In this document: piece after piece, positions 8,348-18,687 of the stretch
How the letters are laid out: each line of letters starts with the position of its first letter
How positions within the stretch are numbered: position 1 is the stretch's first letter
Assembly (NCBI GenBank): GCA_044225555.1
Contig: JBGAIM010000010.1
Location: forward strand, 9,457-73,456
Length of the DNA stretch: 64,000 nucleotides
Origin: Limisphaerales bacterium
GTDB lineage: Bacteria > Verrucomicrobiota > Verrucomicrobiia > Limisphaerales > JADLHS01
Direction: 5' to 3'
The notes under the pieces: generated by a model
Seen by the model: the letters and a program-made list of their open reading frames with translations, nothing else
Told to the model about the DNA's origin: nothing
The model's database searches: none
Made by a program: the position numbers and the translations under genes

Positions 8348-11335
8348 TCAATTCTGGTTGAGCACCTCGTCAAGATTCAGGATCGCGTTTGCGACCAACG
8401 CAAGGTTGCCATCCACGCGTTGATAAAGTTCCTTGAGCACGGCGATTTCCTCGGGACGCGGCGGGCGTTGAGTGGCGAGGAGCAGGCCGCGTTTGAGTTG
8501 CGCGTCCAGGTCCGGACCGCCCTCCGCCACCATGCGTTGCGCCAGACTCCGGGCGGCCGCGAAGAACACGGGATTGTTGAGCGCATCGAGCGATTGCAGG
8601 GGCGTGTTGGAGCGGATGCGGCGCACGGTGCAGAACTCGCGGCTGGGCGCGTCGAACGTGACGAAGCTCGGATACGTGGCGCTCCGGCGGATGAAGGTGT
8701 AGAGCGCGCGCCGCTGCGCGTCCTCGTTGGTGGCGGTGACCCAGTCGCGGCCCTCGTACGGCGTCTGCCACATGCCGGGCGGTTGATAGGGCATCACGGG
8801 CGGGCCAAACATCTTCGGACTGAGGCTGCCGCTGACGGCCAGGGCTTGATCCCGGAGTTGCTCGCTCGTGAGACGGAAGCGCGGTCCGCGTGCCAGCAGA
8901 CGGTTCGCGGGGTCGCGCTCAACGAGTTTCTGCGTGGCCTTGGAGGATTGGCGATAGACCCGGCTTAAAACGATTTCGCGCAAGAGCGCCTTTTGACTCC
9001 ATTTCAAATCCTCCTGGAAAGTTGCCGCCAATTCGTCGAGTAAATCTTGATAAACGGGCTTGTCCCCTTGTGATCCGAAATCCTCCAGCGTTTCGACCAG
9101 GCCAATGCCGAACAGTTGCTCCCACACCCGATTCACCTGGACGCGCGCGGTCAGTGGATTTTCACCGTTGGTCAACCAGCGGGCGAGGCCGAGTCGGTTG
9201 CGCGGGTAATCGTCGGGCCAGGGGTTGAGAATGGTGGGTGTGGCTGGGCTGACGACTTCATCCTTGTCCAGCCAGTTGCCACGATGAAACACCCGCGTGG
9301 TGCGCACCTCTTTGCCGGTGAGTTCCTTCATGATTGGCAGTTTGCACATGGGCAGCGCAGTCAGCGCCGCGCGGTCGTCGTCCAAGCTCCGATACAACGC
9401 GGCGAGATCGGGATTGATGCTGGAAAGGAATTGGCGCTCCACTTTGGTCCGCTCCTCGACTGACCAGGTTTTGGGATCTCGTTCCAAGGAATCTTGCAGT
9501 TCTTTCGGCAAGGCAGCCAGCTGCTCAGAGGGCAGGCCGCGACTGGTCGCCAGTTGGAACGAACCCAGGACCTGTTTGGGCCACTTCTCGTTTTCGCATT
9601 CCAATATCACTCGTAACTTGGTTCCGCCTGTGATCACGAGTGGAGTTGCCAGGAAGAAGGTTGCGGTCTGCGATTTGCCTGTGCCGCCGGCAATGGCCCA
9701 ACCGCCTTCGCTCTCGACTTTCGCATCGCGACCATTCTTTAGAGCCTCCGTTACCGGCCAGTTGGGTTGCTCGAAGGTCGCGCGGGCGTTGGTGAATTCC
9801 AATTGTGTTTCGGTGTGTCCGTCGGCCCCAACTAATGCAGCGCGGAAGCGGGTGAGAATGAAGTTGCCACCCCCGCTGCTGCCGGGCCCGCGCTGCGGCA
9901 GGGAATCGTCCGGCAGGGCCGCGAGCACGAGCGCCGGCCAGGTCCCCGGCGCGGGTGTCGCCGCAACGGTGATGGTGGTTTCGGCCGGGGCTTCACCTTT
10001 CAAGCGAATCCGGCCATGGTTCAGCACCTCGTATTCGCCTTTTGTGCTTGTGACCATGGGTGAATCCAAGGGGACGAAATTCTCCGGTGGTCGCAGCTCG
10101 CGCAACCAGGTTTCAAATGCGTCCCGGTTTTCCTTTCGCTGCAATTGGACATCGAGTTGCCGCCGGGTGGCGGCAAGTTTCTGTTCGAGGGCGGCGGCTT
10201 TCGCGACATCAGCCCGCGCGTAGAAGCGTCGCGTGGGCGCTTCGTCCTCACGGTCGGCGTCGGCGGTGTTGTTGAAAAAAGCGAGCAGTTGATAGTACTC
10301 ACGATGGACGAATGGATCGTAGGGGTGTCCATGACATTGCACGCAGCCGATGCTCGTGCCTTGGATCGCGTCGAAGGTCGTGTTCAAGCGGTCAATGACG
10401 GAGTACGTGCGGAATTCTTCGTCGTCCGTGCCGCCCTCGTCATTGGCTGGCGTGTTGCGATGAAAGGTGGTGGCGATGATCTGTTCTTCGGTCGAATTGG
10501 GTAACAAGTCCCCGGCGAGCTGCTCGACGAGAAACTGGTCGTAGGGCATATCGCTGTTGAGCGCGTCAATCACCCAGTCGCGATAACGCCAGACATCACG
10601 GAAACCGTCCTTCTCATACCCCTTGCTATCTGCGTAGCGCGCCGCATCCAGCCAGACGGTGGCCCAGCGCTCGCCATAAGCCGGCGAGGCCAGCAGGTGA
10701 TCAATCCACCGCTCATAGGCATCGCGCCGGCGATCATTCACAAAGGCCTGCGCCACTTCCGGCGATGGCGGCAAACCGGTCAGGTCGAGGGCCGTGCGTC
10801 TGGCGAGCGTCCAGCGGTCGGCCTCCGGCGAAAAGGAAAGGCGCTCCTTGCTCAAACGACGCTTCACGATGGCATCAATACTTCGCCCGCTCTTCTTGGG
10901 CGGCACGTAAGCCCAGTGTTCGTTCCACGGCGCGTCGTTGGCGATCCAGCGGTTCAGGAGTTCGATTTCTCCCGGCTTGAGCGGCGCCGCCTTTTGCGGC
11001 ATGCGGTCGTCTTCATTGGTCGTCGTCAACCGCGCGATCAATTCGCTTTCCCGGGGCTTTCCGGGAACAATGGTCGGCAGGCCGGATTTGCCTCCCTTGA
11101 GGGCCGAATCGCGGAAGAGGAGATTTAAATTCCCCGCTTCCTTGACGCCGCCATGACACTTGACGCAGTGTGCGTTGAGGAGCGGGCGGATTTGTTCGTT
11201 GAATTGGACGGGTGTTTCCGCAGACCAACATGGGAGCAAACTCGCGGCGAGGCAGAGGGCGCTGACCCACAGCGGCACCGGGAGACGGTTCTCGCCTTTG
11301 CTGAGAATCGTCAAAATAGATCGGGCGCTGCGCAT
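8348..11335 (-). CDS. PSCyt/DUF1549/DUF1553 (PSD1) family protein
   Basis: 995 aa with a signal peptide. Has an N-terminal 'CVKCHGG' and an internal '[12 protein letters not shown]' (both CxxCH-like), and the usual pairing with a downstream DUF1501 gene. Confidence 0.85.
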   Translation of the reverse strand: MRSARSILTILSKGENRLPVPLWVSALCLAASLLPCWSAETPVQFNEQIRPLLNAHCVKCHGGVKEAGNLNLLFRDSALKGGKSGLPTIVPGKPRESELIARLTTTNEDDRMPQKAAPLKPGEIELLNRWIANDAPWNEHWAYVPPKKSGRSIDAIVKRRLSKERLSFSPEADRWTLARRTALDLTGLPPSPEVAQAFVNDRRRDAYERWIDHLLASPAYGERWATVWLDAARYADSKGYEKDGFRDVWRYRDWVIDALNSDMPYDQFLVEQLAGDLLPNSTEEQIIATTFHRNTPANDEGGTDDEEFRTYSVIDRLNTTFDAIQGTSIGCVQCHGHPYDPFVHREYYQLLAFFNNTADADREDEAPTRRFYARADVAKAAALEQKLAATRRQLDVQLQRKENRDAFETWLRELRPPENFVPLDSPMVTSTKGEYEVLNHGRIRLKGEAPAETTITVAATPAPGTWPALVLAALPDDSLPQRGPGSSGGGNFILTRFRAALVGADGHTETQLEFTNARATFEQPNWPVTEALKNGRDAKVESEGGWAIAGGTGKSQTATFFLATPLVITGGTKLRVILECENEKWPKQVLGSFQLATSRGLPSEQLAALPKELQDSLERDPKTWSVEERTKVERQFLSSINPDLAALYRSLDDDRAALTALPMCKLPIMKELTGKEVRTTRVFHRGNWLDKDEVVSPATPTILNPWPDDYPRNRLGLARWLTNGENPLTARVQVNRVWEQLFGIGLVETLEDFGSQGDKPVYQDLLDELAATFQEDLKWSQKALLREIVLSRVYRQSSKATQKLVERDPANRLLARGPRFRLTSEQLRDQALAVSGSLSPKMFGPPVMPYQPPGMWQTPYEGRDWVTATNEDAQRRALYTFIRRSATYPSFVTFDAPSREFCTVRRIRSNTPLQSLDALNNPVFFAAARSLAQRMVAEGGPDLDAQLKRGLLLATQRPPRPEEIAVLKELYQRVDGNLALVANAILNLDEVLNQN

Positions 11336-11410
11336 GGGCGGATGGGTCTAATCTAGCGAACTCGCAGTTGGGCGCAATGAATCAAACGGACGCGTGAACT
11401 TCGAGTTTGA

Positions 11411-14400
11411 TCACGGTGAAACCACCCGGTAGAAGCGGTGCGGGAAGTTGGTGGCGGTGCGGTCTAGGAAACTGTAATTTGTCACACTCGCCACGAAGTT
11501 GGTCAGGTCCAGCCAGAGAATGGGAGTCGCTCCGAGGTTGGTCGTGGCTTGCACGCGATAGTTTTGGCCAATGGCCAGGGAGATATGAGCGTTGAAACCC
11601 GTACTCGTCAGCGTGACCGGCGAGGTAAACGTGGGAATCGCCGGGCCATTGGTGGCCAATAGCGCGAGGCTGAATTCGCTCGTGTCGCCGGTGGTTTGAT
11701 CCGTGGCGGTGGCGGTGATGTACTGCCCGGCGAAATTACCAGCGGCGGTCAGGGTGAACGCCGCGCTGCCGCCGCCGCTGGTGGTGGTTATTGTGCTGCC
11801 GATGTAGTTCTGACCCTCGCCGTAACCTGATGAATCCGCAAAGCTGCTGCGATACACATCCACGAGCATGGTTCGGCCAGGCGCGCCGTTCAGTGTGCCG
11901 GAAATGATAGTGCTGGCGCCGCTGCCAGCGGCCTGGGTGAGGACCGGATAATTTTGCAGGTTGTTTGGGCCGGTATCAGGATCGCCCGGATCGTTGACCG
12001 TGACTCCGGAAAAATCCTCCACGCCGCCGGCAAGGTTGATGCCGAGATAGCCGTTGGAGTAAACATTGTTTCCGCGCAGGCTGTTGTTCGTGGTCGCGGC
12101 ATCAAAGAGGACAATGCCCATAAAGGCGTTCAACGCGATGGTATTGCCCGCGCCCGTGTTGTTTGACGCCAGGCCAATGAGGTTACCACTGGCCCCGCCA
12201 TAAAGTGAAACGCCGTCCCAGCCGTTGCCCAGCGGTTGCGCGCCGGTGGCGCTCAATCCAACCAAGTTGCCTTGGACATTGTTGCCCGAGGTGCCCGTTC
12301 CACTTAGGGTCACGCCGTAGTTGGCGTTGCCCGAAATCACATTCCCGGCATTGGCCGCGCTGCCGCCAATCACGTTGCCCTGGGCGCCGCCATAAAGGGC
12401 TACACCAGACCAGCCGTTGCCAAGAGCCTGGGTGCCGGAGACGTCCACGCCAACATAATTTCCAGCGACGACATTCCCATCCGTCCCGGAGTAGCCGATG
12501 AACAGTCCGTAATTGGTGTTGCCGGAGATGAGATTGGCCGCGCCCGTCGTTGTGCCGCCAATGAGATTGGAAGTCGCGCCGCTAAAAATCTCGATGCCGG
12601 ACCAGCCATTGCCCATGGCCGCGGTCCCGGCGGGATTCAAGCCGATGTAATTTCCCGCCACAACATTCCCGGAAGTGTTCGCATCCGAAAGAGCGATGCC
12701 CTGAAACGTGTTTCCCGAGATGATATTTCGGGCGTCGGAGGTTGCGCCGCCGAGAGTATTTGATTGCGCGCCGCCGAAGAACTGGATGCCGGACCAACCG
12801 TTAGGCACAGCCGCCGACCCCGCGGCATTGAGTCCGATGTAGTTTCCCGCAATGACATTCCCCACGGTGCCGGGGTCGGACACGGTCGCGCCCTGCAGCG
12901 TGTTCCCGGAAATGAGATTCCGCGCGGCGGCGCTCGTGCCACCGATCAGATTGGACTTCGCGCCGCCGAAAATCTGAAGGCCGGCCCAGGCATTTGGCAG
13001 GGCGGCGTTGCCCGCTGGGTTCAGTCCGATGAAATTTCCAGCGACCACATTGCCGGTCGTATTCGTCCCCGAAATGGCAACACCCTGTTTCAAGTTTCCT
13101 GAAATGATGTTGAGAGCGGTGTCCGTGGTGCCGCCAATGGTATTGGCTTGCGCCCCACCGTAAATCTCCAGCCCGGCCCAGGCGTTGGGGAGCGCAGCAC
13201 TGCCTGCGGCGTTCAAGCCGATGAAGTTTCCCTGAACCAGATTGCTGCGCGTGCCGGTGTCGCGAATAACCAATCCTTGATACGCGCTGCCGGAAAGGAC
13301 ATTGCGCGCGGCGACATTCGTTCCGCCGACGGTGTTGCCGCTCGCCCCGCCGGAAATGATCAGCGGATTGTATTTATTGGTGACGGCAGAAGTGCCGGTG
13401 GAATCCAAACCAAGATAACAACCGCGAACGACGTTGCCGCTGGCGTTCGTTCCATCAATGACAATGCCGGAGCCGGGAAAGCCATTCACAATGAGCGACT
13501 GCACCACGCAGTTGGTGCCGAGCAGTCGCAAGCCGTCCACATAGACGCTGACCGGATCGCACAATGCGCCGTTCAGAACAATTTCCGGCCCGCTGGGATT
13601 TGTGTTGGTCGGTTCGCTGCTGCCGTCGAGGAACGTGGCGTTTCGCAACGCGGGCAGGCTGTCAGTCGGTTGGATCGTGAAAACTCCGCCGGCAAACCCC
13701 GGGTCGCTGGTGGGGATGTTGAAGGTAACGGTAGTGCCCGGATGATCGAGCGCGTAATACAACGCGGCACGCAGGCTGCCCGGTCCGCTTTCAAGCGTGT
13801 TGATCACCACGCTGCTCAAAGCCGGGCCGGCCCCATACTTTGCCGCCATGCCCGCGCGATCACTCACACTCAATACGGGTTCGTATTGCTGGCCCATCAC
13901 GTTGAGAAATTGCGCAAAAGCGGGCACGGGTTCGATTGTGTTTAAGGTTGGCGGATTCACCGAGAAGGCATCCCGGCGATAGTGCATCACCGAATAGAAA
14001 TCATAGGTCCCCGTGTTGAGGGTGTTGCCGAGTTTCACGAAATTGCCTTCACTGCCCGGGAGGATATTGTTAGTCAAAATCACCACGAACGCATCACGGT
14101 CCGAGCGTTGGTGCTCATGGACGAGGCCCAGGGTATGGCCGAGTTCGTGGCAGATGGTGGCGCGATTCCAAGCACCGGGACCAATCTTCAAGAACTGTTG
14201 CCCACCAACCATGCCCACGGCGGATTGCCCGCCACCCAGGGTGGGATCCTCCAGGACGGTAAAATAATTGGGCTGCGACGTGCGCGGGATGAAATGCAGA
14301 TTGGCGAACATGGCCCACTCGGCGGCGCCATCCAGGAAGGCCTTTTGCTTGGCCGCCGAAACCGAGGCGTCGAAGGTGTAATACAGATTGCCACCCGTCC

Positions 14401-14680
14401 AAGCCGGCGCGACTCCGTCGAAGGCGAAGCCGGGTACCGACTCGCCCGCGATTTGATTTCGCCACGTGCGCAGGTTCGTCACGAGGATCTCCATATCGCC
14501 GACCGGGGCCAGCTTCTGATCAGCCGGGACTGCGGCGATGATTTTGTCGAGCAGCGCCACGTTCCAGTTCGTGGCCGGATCCGCCGTGGCGTGATTTGCC
14601 ACAGCGACGAGCGCCGCACCAAAAGTTGCAATCCGCAAGCCGAGTCGTGCCGACGGTTTGATACGCTTTAGCGATTTCAT
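11411..14680 (-). CDS. secreted astacin-family (M12A) zinc metalloprotease fused to a long parallel beta-helix repeat region and a C-terminal F-Y-R domain
   Basis: 'HELGHTLGLVHEHQRSDRD' matches HExxHxxGxxHE, and the Met-turn 'SVMHY' is present. About seven ~64-aa repeats follow ('GN[FY]IGLN.AG..A.PN.W.G..I.GGA..N.IGG....A.N.ISGN...G'). The ATG at 14680 gives 'MKSLKRIKPSARLGLRIATFGAALVAVANHATA'; the track start at 14704 is TTG. Confidence 0.85.
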   Translation of the reverse strand: MKSLKRIKPSARLGLRIATFGAALVAVANHATADPATNWNVALLDKIIAAVPADQKLAPVGDMEILVTNLRTWRNQIAGESVPGFAFDGVAPAWTGGNLYYTFDASVSAAKQKAFLDGAAEWAMFANLHFIPRTSQPNYFTVLEDPTLGGGQSAVGMVGGQQFLKIGPGAWNRATICHELGHTLGLVHEHQRSDRDAFVVILTNNILPGSEGNFVKLGNTLNTGTYDFYSVMHYRRDAFSVNPPTLNTIEPVPAFAQFLNVMGQQYEPVLSVSDRAGMAAKYGAGPALSSVVINTLESGPGSLRAALYYALDHPGTTVTFNIPTSDPGFAGGVFTIQPTDSLPALRNATFLDGSSEPTNTNPSGPEIVLNGALCDPVSVYVDGLRLLGTNCVVQSLIVNGFPGSGIVIDGTNASGNVVRGCYLGLDSTGTSAVTNKYNPLIISGGASGNTVGGTNVAARNVLSGSAYQGLVIRDTGTRSNLVQGNFIGLNAAGSAALPNAWAGLEIYGGAQANTIGGTTDTALNIISGNLKQGVAISGTNTTGNVVAGNFIGLNPAGNAALPNAWAGLQIFGGAKSNLIGGTSAAARNLISGNTLQGATVSDPGTVGNVIAGNYIGLNAAGSAAVPNGWSGIQFFGGAQSNTLGGATSDARNIISGNTFQGIALSDANTSGNVVAGNYIGLNPAGTAAMGNGWSGIEIFSGATSNLIGGTTTGAANLISGNTNYGLFIGYSGTDGNVVAGNYVGVDVSGTQALGNGWSGVALYGGAQGNVIGGSAANAGNVISGNANYGVTLSGTGTSGNNVQGNLVGLSATGAQPLGNGWDGVSLYGGASGNLIGLASNNTGAGNTIALNAFMGIVLFDAATTNNSLRGNNVYSNGYLGINLAGGVEDFSGVTVNDPGDPDTGPNNLQNYPVLTQAAGSGASTIISGTLNGAPGRTMLVDVYRSSFADSSGYGEGQNYIGSTITTTSGGGSAAFTLTAAGNFAGQYITATATDQTTGDTSEFSLALLATNGPAIPTFTSPVTLTSTGFNAHISLAIGQNYRVQATTNLGATPILWLDLTNFVASVTNYSFLDRTATNFPHRFYRVVSP
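12035..13423 (-). repeat. tandem coding repeats, ~192-nt (~64-aa) period, ~7 units (beta-helix turns)
   Basis: Repeat units start at residues 428, 492, 556, 620, 685, 748 and 812 of the track ORF numbering, giving periods of 63-65 aa. Coordinates are converted from residue positions. Confidence 0.7.
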
Positions 14681-14791
14681 CCGTCGCACTGTAAGCCGGG
14701 ACAAAATCCCTGCAAGGGCGAAGTCGCCTTTGTCTGGACTGCCTGTCGGCGGCTTCGACGGCGAGAGGCCGGAGATTTGTCGAAGCGATTT

Positions 14792-15760
14792 CTAGCCAGC
14801 GACGGCCAGTTCCGCCACAGCTTTCATTTTGGCGATGCCGGTCTTGGCCACCGCCAACGGCTCCTGCTTCCAGTAATCACGATTGAAGACTTCCAGCGAC
14901 AGCACTTTTTGCCCGCCAGTCTGGCGCAGCGTGCGCAGTAATTCTGGGAGCGGCGCGGTCCCATCGCCGGGATAAACCCGATAACTGTCATCAATCTTGT
15001 CCGGGGGCGGGTCGCTCGGATAATCGTTCATGTGAAGGACCTGGATCACGTCGCGACCCAGCAGGCGCATGCCGCGAAAATCCGAACCGCCCTTGTAAAG
15101 ATGGAACACATCGGCGAGCACGCAGGCTTTGGGGTGGGCGGCCTCCATTGCCACGCAGGCGCATTCACCCAGGCGGTTCAAATTTTTGGAAAATCCCCAC
15201 AACTCAAGTTGCGGCACAATTCCGATTCCGTCTCCGGCCAGGAGCAGAGCGCGATACCGTTCCGCCGCCTGCAACAAGTCCAGCTTAGGCAGGTCGGTCG
15301 CCCCGGCGGGCGGAGCTGCGAAGCGCCGGCCTCCGAGTTGCGCGATCAGGTCCATCTCCCGTTTCGCGCGTTCCAATCCTTGCGCGCGCCGGGCGTCGTC
15401 ATTGACGATCCATTCCGGGAAGCCGATCGCGCTTTCGACCGTGAGGCCGCCATCGGCGATGCGCTGCCGCAAGTCCTTCAGGGTGCCACCGCCTTTGACG
15501 TAATCCTGGATCGAATCCACCCAGGGCTCGATTCCGCTGTAGCCCGCTTGCGAAGCGATCTCGATTTCTTTGACGATTCCCAACTTGTGCCCGCGGAGGG
15601 TGGCAGTGTTCAGGCAAAACCGGAAGGCAGGCTCCTTCGGCGAGCTTTCAACTTGTCCCGCGGCATTGCTTGTTTCGAGTTGTCCGAAAGCCAGCGTGAC
15701 ACCGGCCAACAAGCCGGTTTGAGCCAGAGCTTCGCGTCGGGTCCAGTTGCGTTCCTTCAT
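14792..15760 (-). CDS. Tat-exported xylose-isomerase-like TIM-barrel protein (sugar phosphate isomerase/epimerase family)
   Basis: 'MKERNWTRREALAQTGLLAGVTLAFG' is a twin-arginine leader. The body ('FCLNTATL...', 'IEPW', 'HMNDYP', 'LSLEVFN') resembles the AP-endonuclease-2/xylose isomerase-like TIM family. Confidence 0.7.
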   Translation of the reverse strand: MKERNWTRREALAQTGLLAGVTLAFGQLETSNAAGQVESSPKEPAFRFCLNTATLRGHKLGIVKEIEIASQAGYSGIEPWVDSIQDYVKGGGTLKDLRQRIADGGLTVESAIGFPEWIVNDDARRAQGLERAKREMDLIAQLGGRRFAAPPAGATDLPKLDLLQAAERYRALLLAGDGIGIVPQLELWGFSKNLNRLGECACVAMEAAHPKACVLADVFHLYKGGSDFRGMRLLGRDVIQVLHMNDYPSDPPPDKIDDSYRVYPGDGTAPLPELLRTLRQTGGQKVLSLEVFNRDYWKQEPLAVAKTGIAKMKAVAELAVAG

Positions 15761-15852
15761 CCTTTGTTTCTAACCCAGACACTGGGGCTTGGCCAGACCG
15801 GATTAAGGTGTTTCTCTGTCGATGCGGGAATCGATTGCGGTGATTGGCCGGT

Positions 15853-18468
15853 TCACGGCATCCAGCGCAATCGGTAAAACGCCGTCGCGGCTGGTCCGCT
15901 CAAATCGTGAAAGTCATCCGCATACTCAAACACTCCGTTCGCTGGGGCGATATTGGTGGAAATCGTTGTCCAGTTCATCAAGTCGGTCGAGCGCTCCAGA
16001 TAATATGTCCATCCGGGGCGACCGGCAAAATTCAGGGTCATCGGATTGCCGGTGCCGCTCGGGTAACTCGTGAAACGCCCCGTCGGGCTCGACGCAATCT
16101 GTACCGCTCCCGTAACACTGCCGCCGTGGCCATCGTCGGCGGTGTAAGTGAACTGGTCGGCGACACTGAGGTAGTTCGAGTAGTAAATGAAGGTGCTGTT
16201 TGTGAGCAGCGTGATTCCATTGGTCGTCGTCAGATTGATCCCGGTCAGGGAAATCGTGTCACTATCGGCATCAGTGACGGCGGCCGTAAGGCTCGCATAC
16301 GGTATTTCCAATACAACGGGAGCATGGTTTGTGAATGAGAGGGGATTCGCGACCGGATGACGATTCACTTTGATGGTGCCATTTGCGGTCAGCGAATCAG
16401 TGTGCCAATTCAAGCCGCCCGCAAGCGCCGGAAGGTCGATGGCCGTGAATGCGCCGGAGAATGCGCCCGCCCCAAAATTGGTAAACACCTCGCCTCCGAC
16501 CACCGCCGCGCCCACATTTGTAATCACCAAAGTGCCACCGTAATTCAGAGTTCCGCCGGACAGGACAATTTTATCGGCAAGCGAAGAGCCGTTGTTTCGA
16601 TCAATCCGCAACAAGATGTTGCCCGCAAGCGCCGGGGCGCTGTTCAGCGTCAGCTTGCCGATGGCGGAACTTGTGCCGGGCGAAATCGTGCCGCCACTAT
16701 TGACAGTGACAACGCCCGCAATCGTGCCCGTCCCGCCGAGGATGCCACCATCCACCGTGACTCCGCCACTGCCAGTGCCCGAGCCAGTGCTGTTGTTGAC
16801 GAGCAGCCTTCCCGCGCCAATGACGGTGCCGCCGGCATAGGCGTTTACTCCGGTTATCCGCAGGGTTCCCGGCCCGGTCTTGGTGAGGGCGCCGTTGATG
16901 ACGGGCACCTCCACTGACAAATCCACTTCCGCCGGTCCGTTGGCGACATTCCACGAGCGGTTTCCGCCAGCAAGGTCAATCAGACCGGAACTGCCCGCCC
17001 CGGCGCCTTTCCCAATGGTGGCCGTGGTATTGGTGAATGAGCTGAAAGTGGCATCTCCGTTCACGAGCAGCTTTGCCGGTGCGGCGGCATTGGGCATCAG
17101 ATTGATGGTGTTGAAAGTCAGTGCGCCGCCGCTGAGCGTGAAGGTGCGAGTGGCGTCCACTTGCAGCGTGTGGAGGCTCAGGCTGCCGCCACTGAGGGTG
17201 ACCGCGCCCGAAAACTGCGCGGCGTTGGTCGTGGAATCCGGAGACGGGACGTAATTAACGGTCAGGGAGCCGCCAGTGATGTTCAACGCCTCGCGAACAT
17301 AAAGCTTGCGGATGTTGTGCGTTCCGGATGCCAGAGTCACGGTGATGTTCGTGTTGGGGCGATCCAGAATGACCGTGTCGTTTTGGCCAGACGTCACGCC
17401 AGAGCCAGCCGCTCCCGGTAGGCGCGGCGTGGGTAGCGTCAGCGTGCCGACGGGCGGGACTTGTCCGGGGCCAGTCACCGGTGCCATCGGCGGCTGCCCG
17501 CTGTTCCAGTTGGCCAGCGTCGTCCATTGACCGTCGCTGTCGTTCAGCCAGATGGCGGGAACGAGTTGGTCCTTTAGAAACTCGAGGCCACCGCGCGCGA
17601 CATCCAGGTCGAGATTGCTGCCGCCGTTGTTGTAACTCGGCAAGCGGCCGGTGCTGGCGTATTGCCAGAACGTCCAAGGATGCGTGACGCCGTAATCATC
17701 CCACGGTCCGTAGATGGCAGCGTAGGAGTCCTTCGGTTCGCCGTTCTGCACATCAATGGAATTCGGGTCCGCTTGATTCGGCCAGCGCGCGCTCCACAGC
17801 GTTGGATACGCGGGCGCTGCCAGATTGGGCGGGCTGCCCGAAGGTTGAGCGATCTGATTTCGCAGCGAGGCCGAGGCGCCGCCGACCACAAAGGCGGCGT
17901 AATTGCCGTTGATGTAAATGGCCGGGCGGATACCCATCACGGCGTAGATGCGGCTGGAAAAGTCGAGGCAGAATTGCGCCATCTCGTCATCGGTACGAAT
18001 GCCGTCGCCAGATTCGAGATCATGCACCGGCAGCAGATAACCGGGCCGCATCCACGGGCCGGCCATCTGCATGAAATGGTCCGCCTCGTCCGTGCCGCTG
18101 TTCCGGATGCCGCCGGAGTTAAGAGTGGTCTCGATAATCTCCGGTCGCGAGAAATGATACGAACCGGCGAACATGCCGGCGGCGGTGGCGCGATTGATGT
18201 TCTGAATGAAATAGGGATCATCGTAGCGCTGCGAGAGCGTGTTCAGTCCCTGCGAGTTGCTCGCATCATTCTGATTGTAGTAGCCGGTCGTGCCGCCGCG
18301 ACTGGAGCGCAGGATGACGAATTGCCGGTTCTCGACACTGTAAATATTGTTCCAGGTCGTTTGCGAGATGTTGCCTTGCCACGCGGAAATGTCGAGACCC
18401 AGAGCCCGCGGTTGCGCCGGGGCGGGGTGGTTTGCCACCAGCAGGGCCGCTAGCATTACCAGTTTCAT
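15853..18468 (-). CDS. secreted GH25 muramidase domain fused to PATR (autotransporter-associated beta-strand) repeats, a cadherin/VCBS-like domain and a C-terminal F-Y-R domain
   Basis: GH25-like 'LGLDISAWQGNI...FVILRSSRGG...AGMFAGSYHF...LLPVHDLE'. PATR-like 'GALTKTGPGTLRITGVNAYAGGTVIGAGRLLVNN'. Cadherin/VCBS-like 'DADSDTISL...DQFTYTADDGHGGSVTGAV'. The start is uncertain: ATG 18468 gives 'MKLVMLAALLVANHPAPA', with alternatives at 18546 and 18654. Confidence 0.7.
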   Translation of the reverse strand: MKLVMLAALLVANHPAPAQPRALGLDISAWQGNISQTTWNNIYSVENRQFVILRSSRGGTTGYYNQNDASNSQGLNTLSQRYDDPYFIQNINRATAAGMFAGSYHFSRPEIIETTLNSGGIRNSGTDEADHFMQMAGPWMRPGYLLPVHDLESGDGIRTDDEMAQFCLDFSSRIYAVMGIRPAIYINGNYAAFVVGGASASLRNQIAQPSGSPPNLAAPAYPTLWSARWPNQADPNSIDVQNGEPKDSYAAIYGPWDDYGVTHPWTFWQYASTGRLPSYNNGGSNLDLDVARGGLEFLKDQLVPAIWLNDSDGQWTTLANWNSGQPPMAPVTGPGQVPPVGTLTLPTPRLPGAAGSGVTSGQNDTVILDRPNTNITVTLASGTHNIRKLYVREALNITGGSLTVNYVPSPDSTTNAAQFSGAVTLSGGSLSLHTLQVDATRTFTLSGGALTFNTINLMPNAAAPAKLLVNGDATFSSFTNTTATIGKGAGAGSSGLIDLAGGNRSWNVANGPAEVDLSVEVPVINGALTKTGPGTLRITGVNAYAGGTVIGAGRLLVNNSTGSGTGSGGVTVDGGILGGTGTIAGVVTVNSGGTISPGTSSAIGKLTLNSAPALAGNILLRIDRNNGSSLADKIVLSGGTLNYGGTLVITNVGAAVVGGEVFTNFGAGAFSGAFTAIDLPALAGGLNWHTDSLTANGTIKVNRHPVANPLSFTNHAPVVLEIPYASLTAAVTDADSDTISLTGINLTTTNGITLLTNSTFIYYSNYLSVADQFTYTADDGHGGSVTGAVQIASSPTGRFTSYPSGTGNPMTLNFAGRPGWTYYLERSTDLMNWTTISTNIAPANGVFEYADDFHDLSGPAATAFYRLRWMP

Positions 18469-18687
18469 TATCGCACTGCGGGACAAATCCCACACCCGAC
18501 CGATGCGGCGGCCCCAATTGTTCCGGCTGATGAAAAGTTGGCTCATGCGAAATGGCGCTAAACTAACGCGCCCTGCGCGTTGCGACAAGGGGAAGGACAG
18601 CTCGGCACCATTACATGAACATGTTGACCCGCTTCCACCGCTGCCGGACGCCAACAGGTCTGCGCGTTCGGCCGCGGCTGCTCGAGT

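Noticed and set aside
12035-13423. Regular ~192-nt periodicity that might suggest a CRISPR-like or satellite array.
   Set aside because: The repeats are in frame within the astacin ORF, encode beta-helix turns, have no unique spacers, and are only moderately similar at the DNA level.
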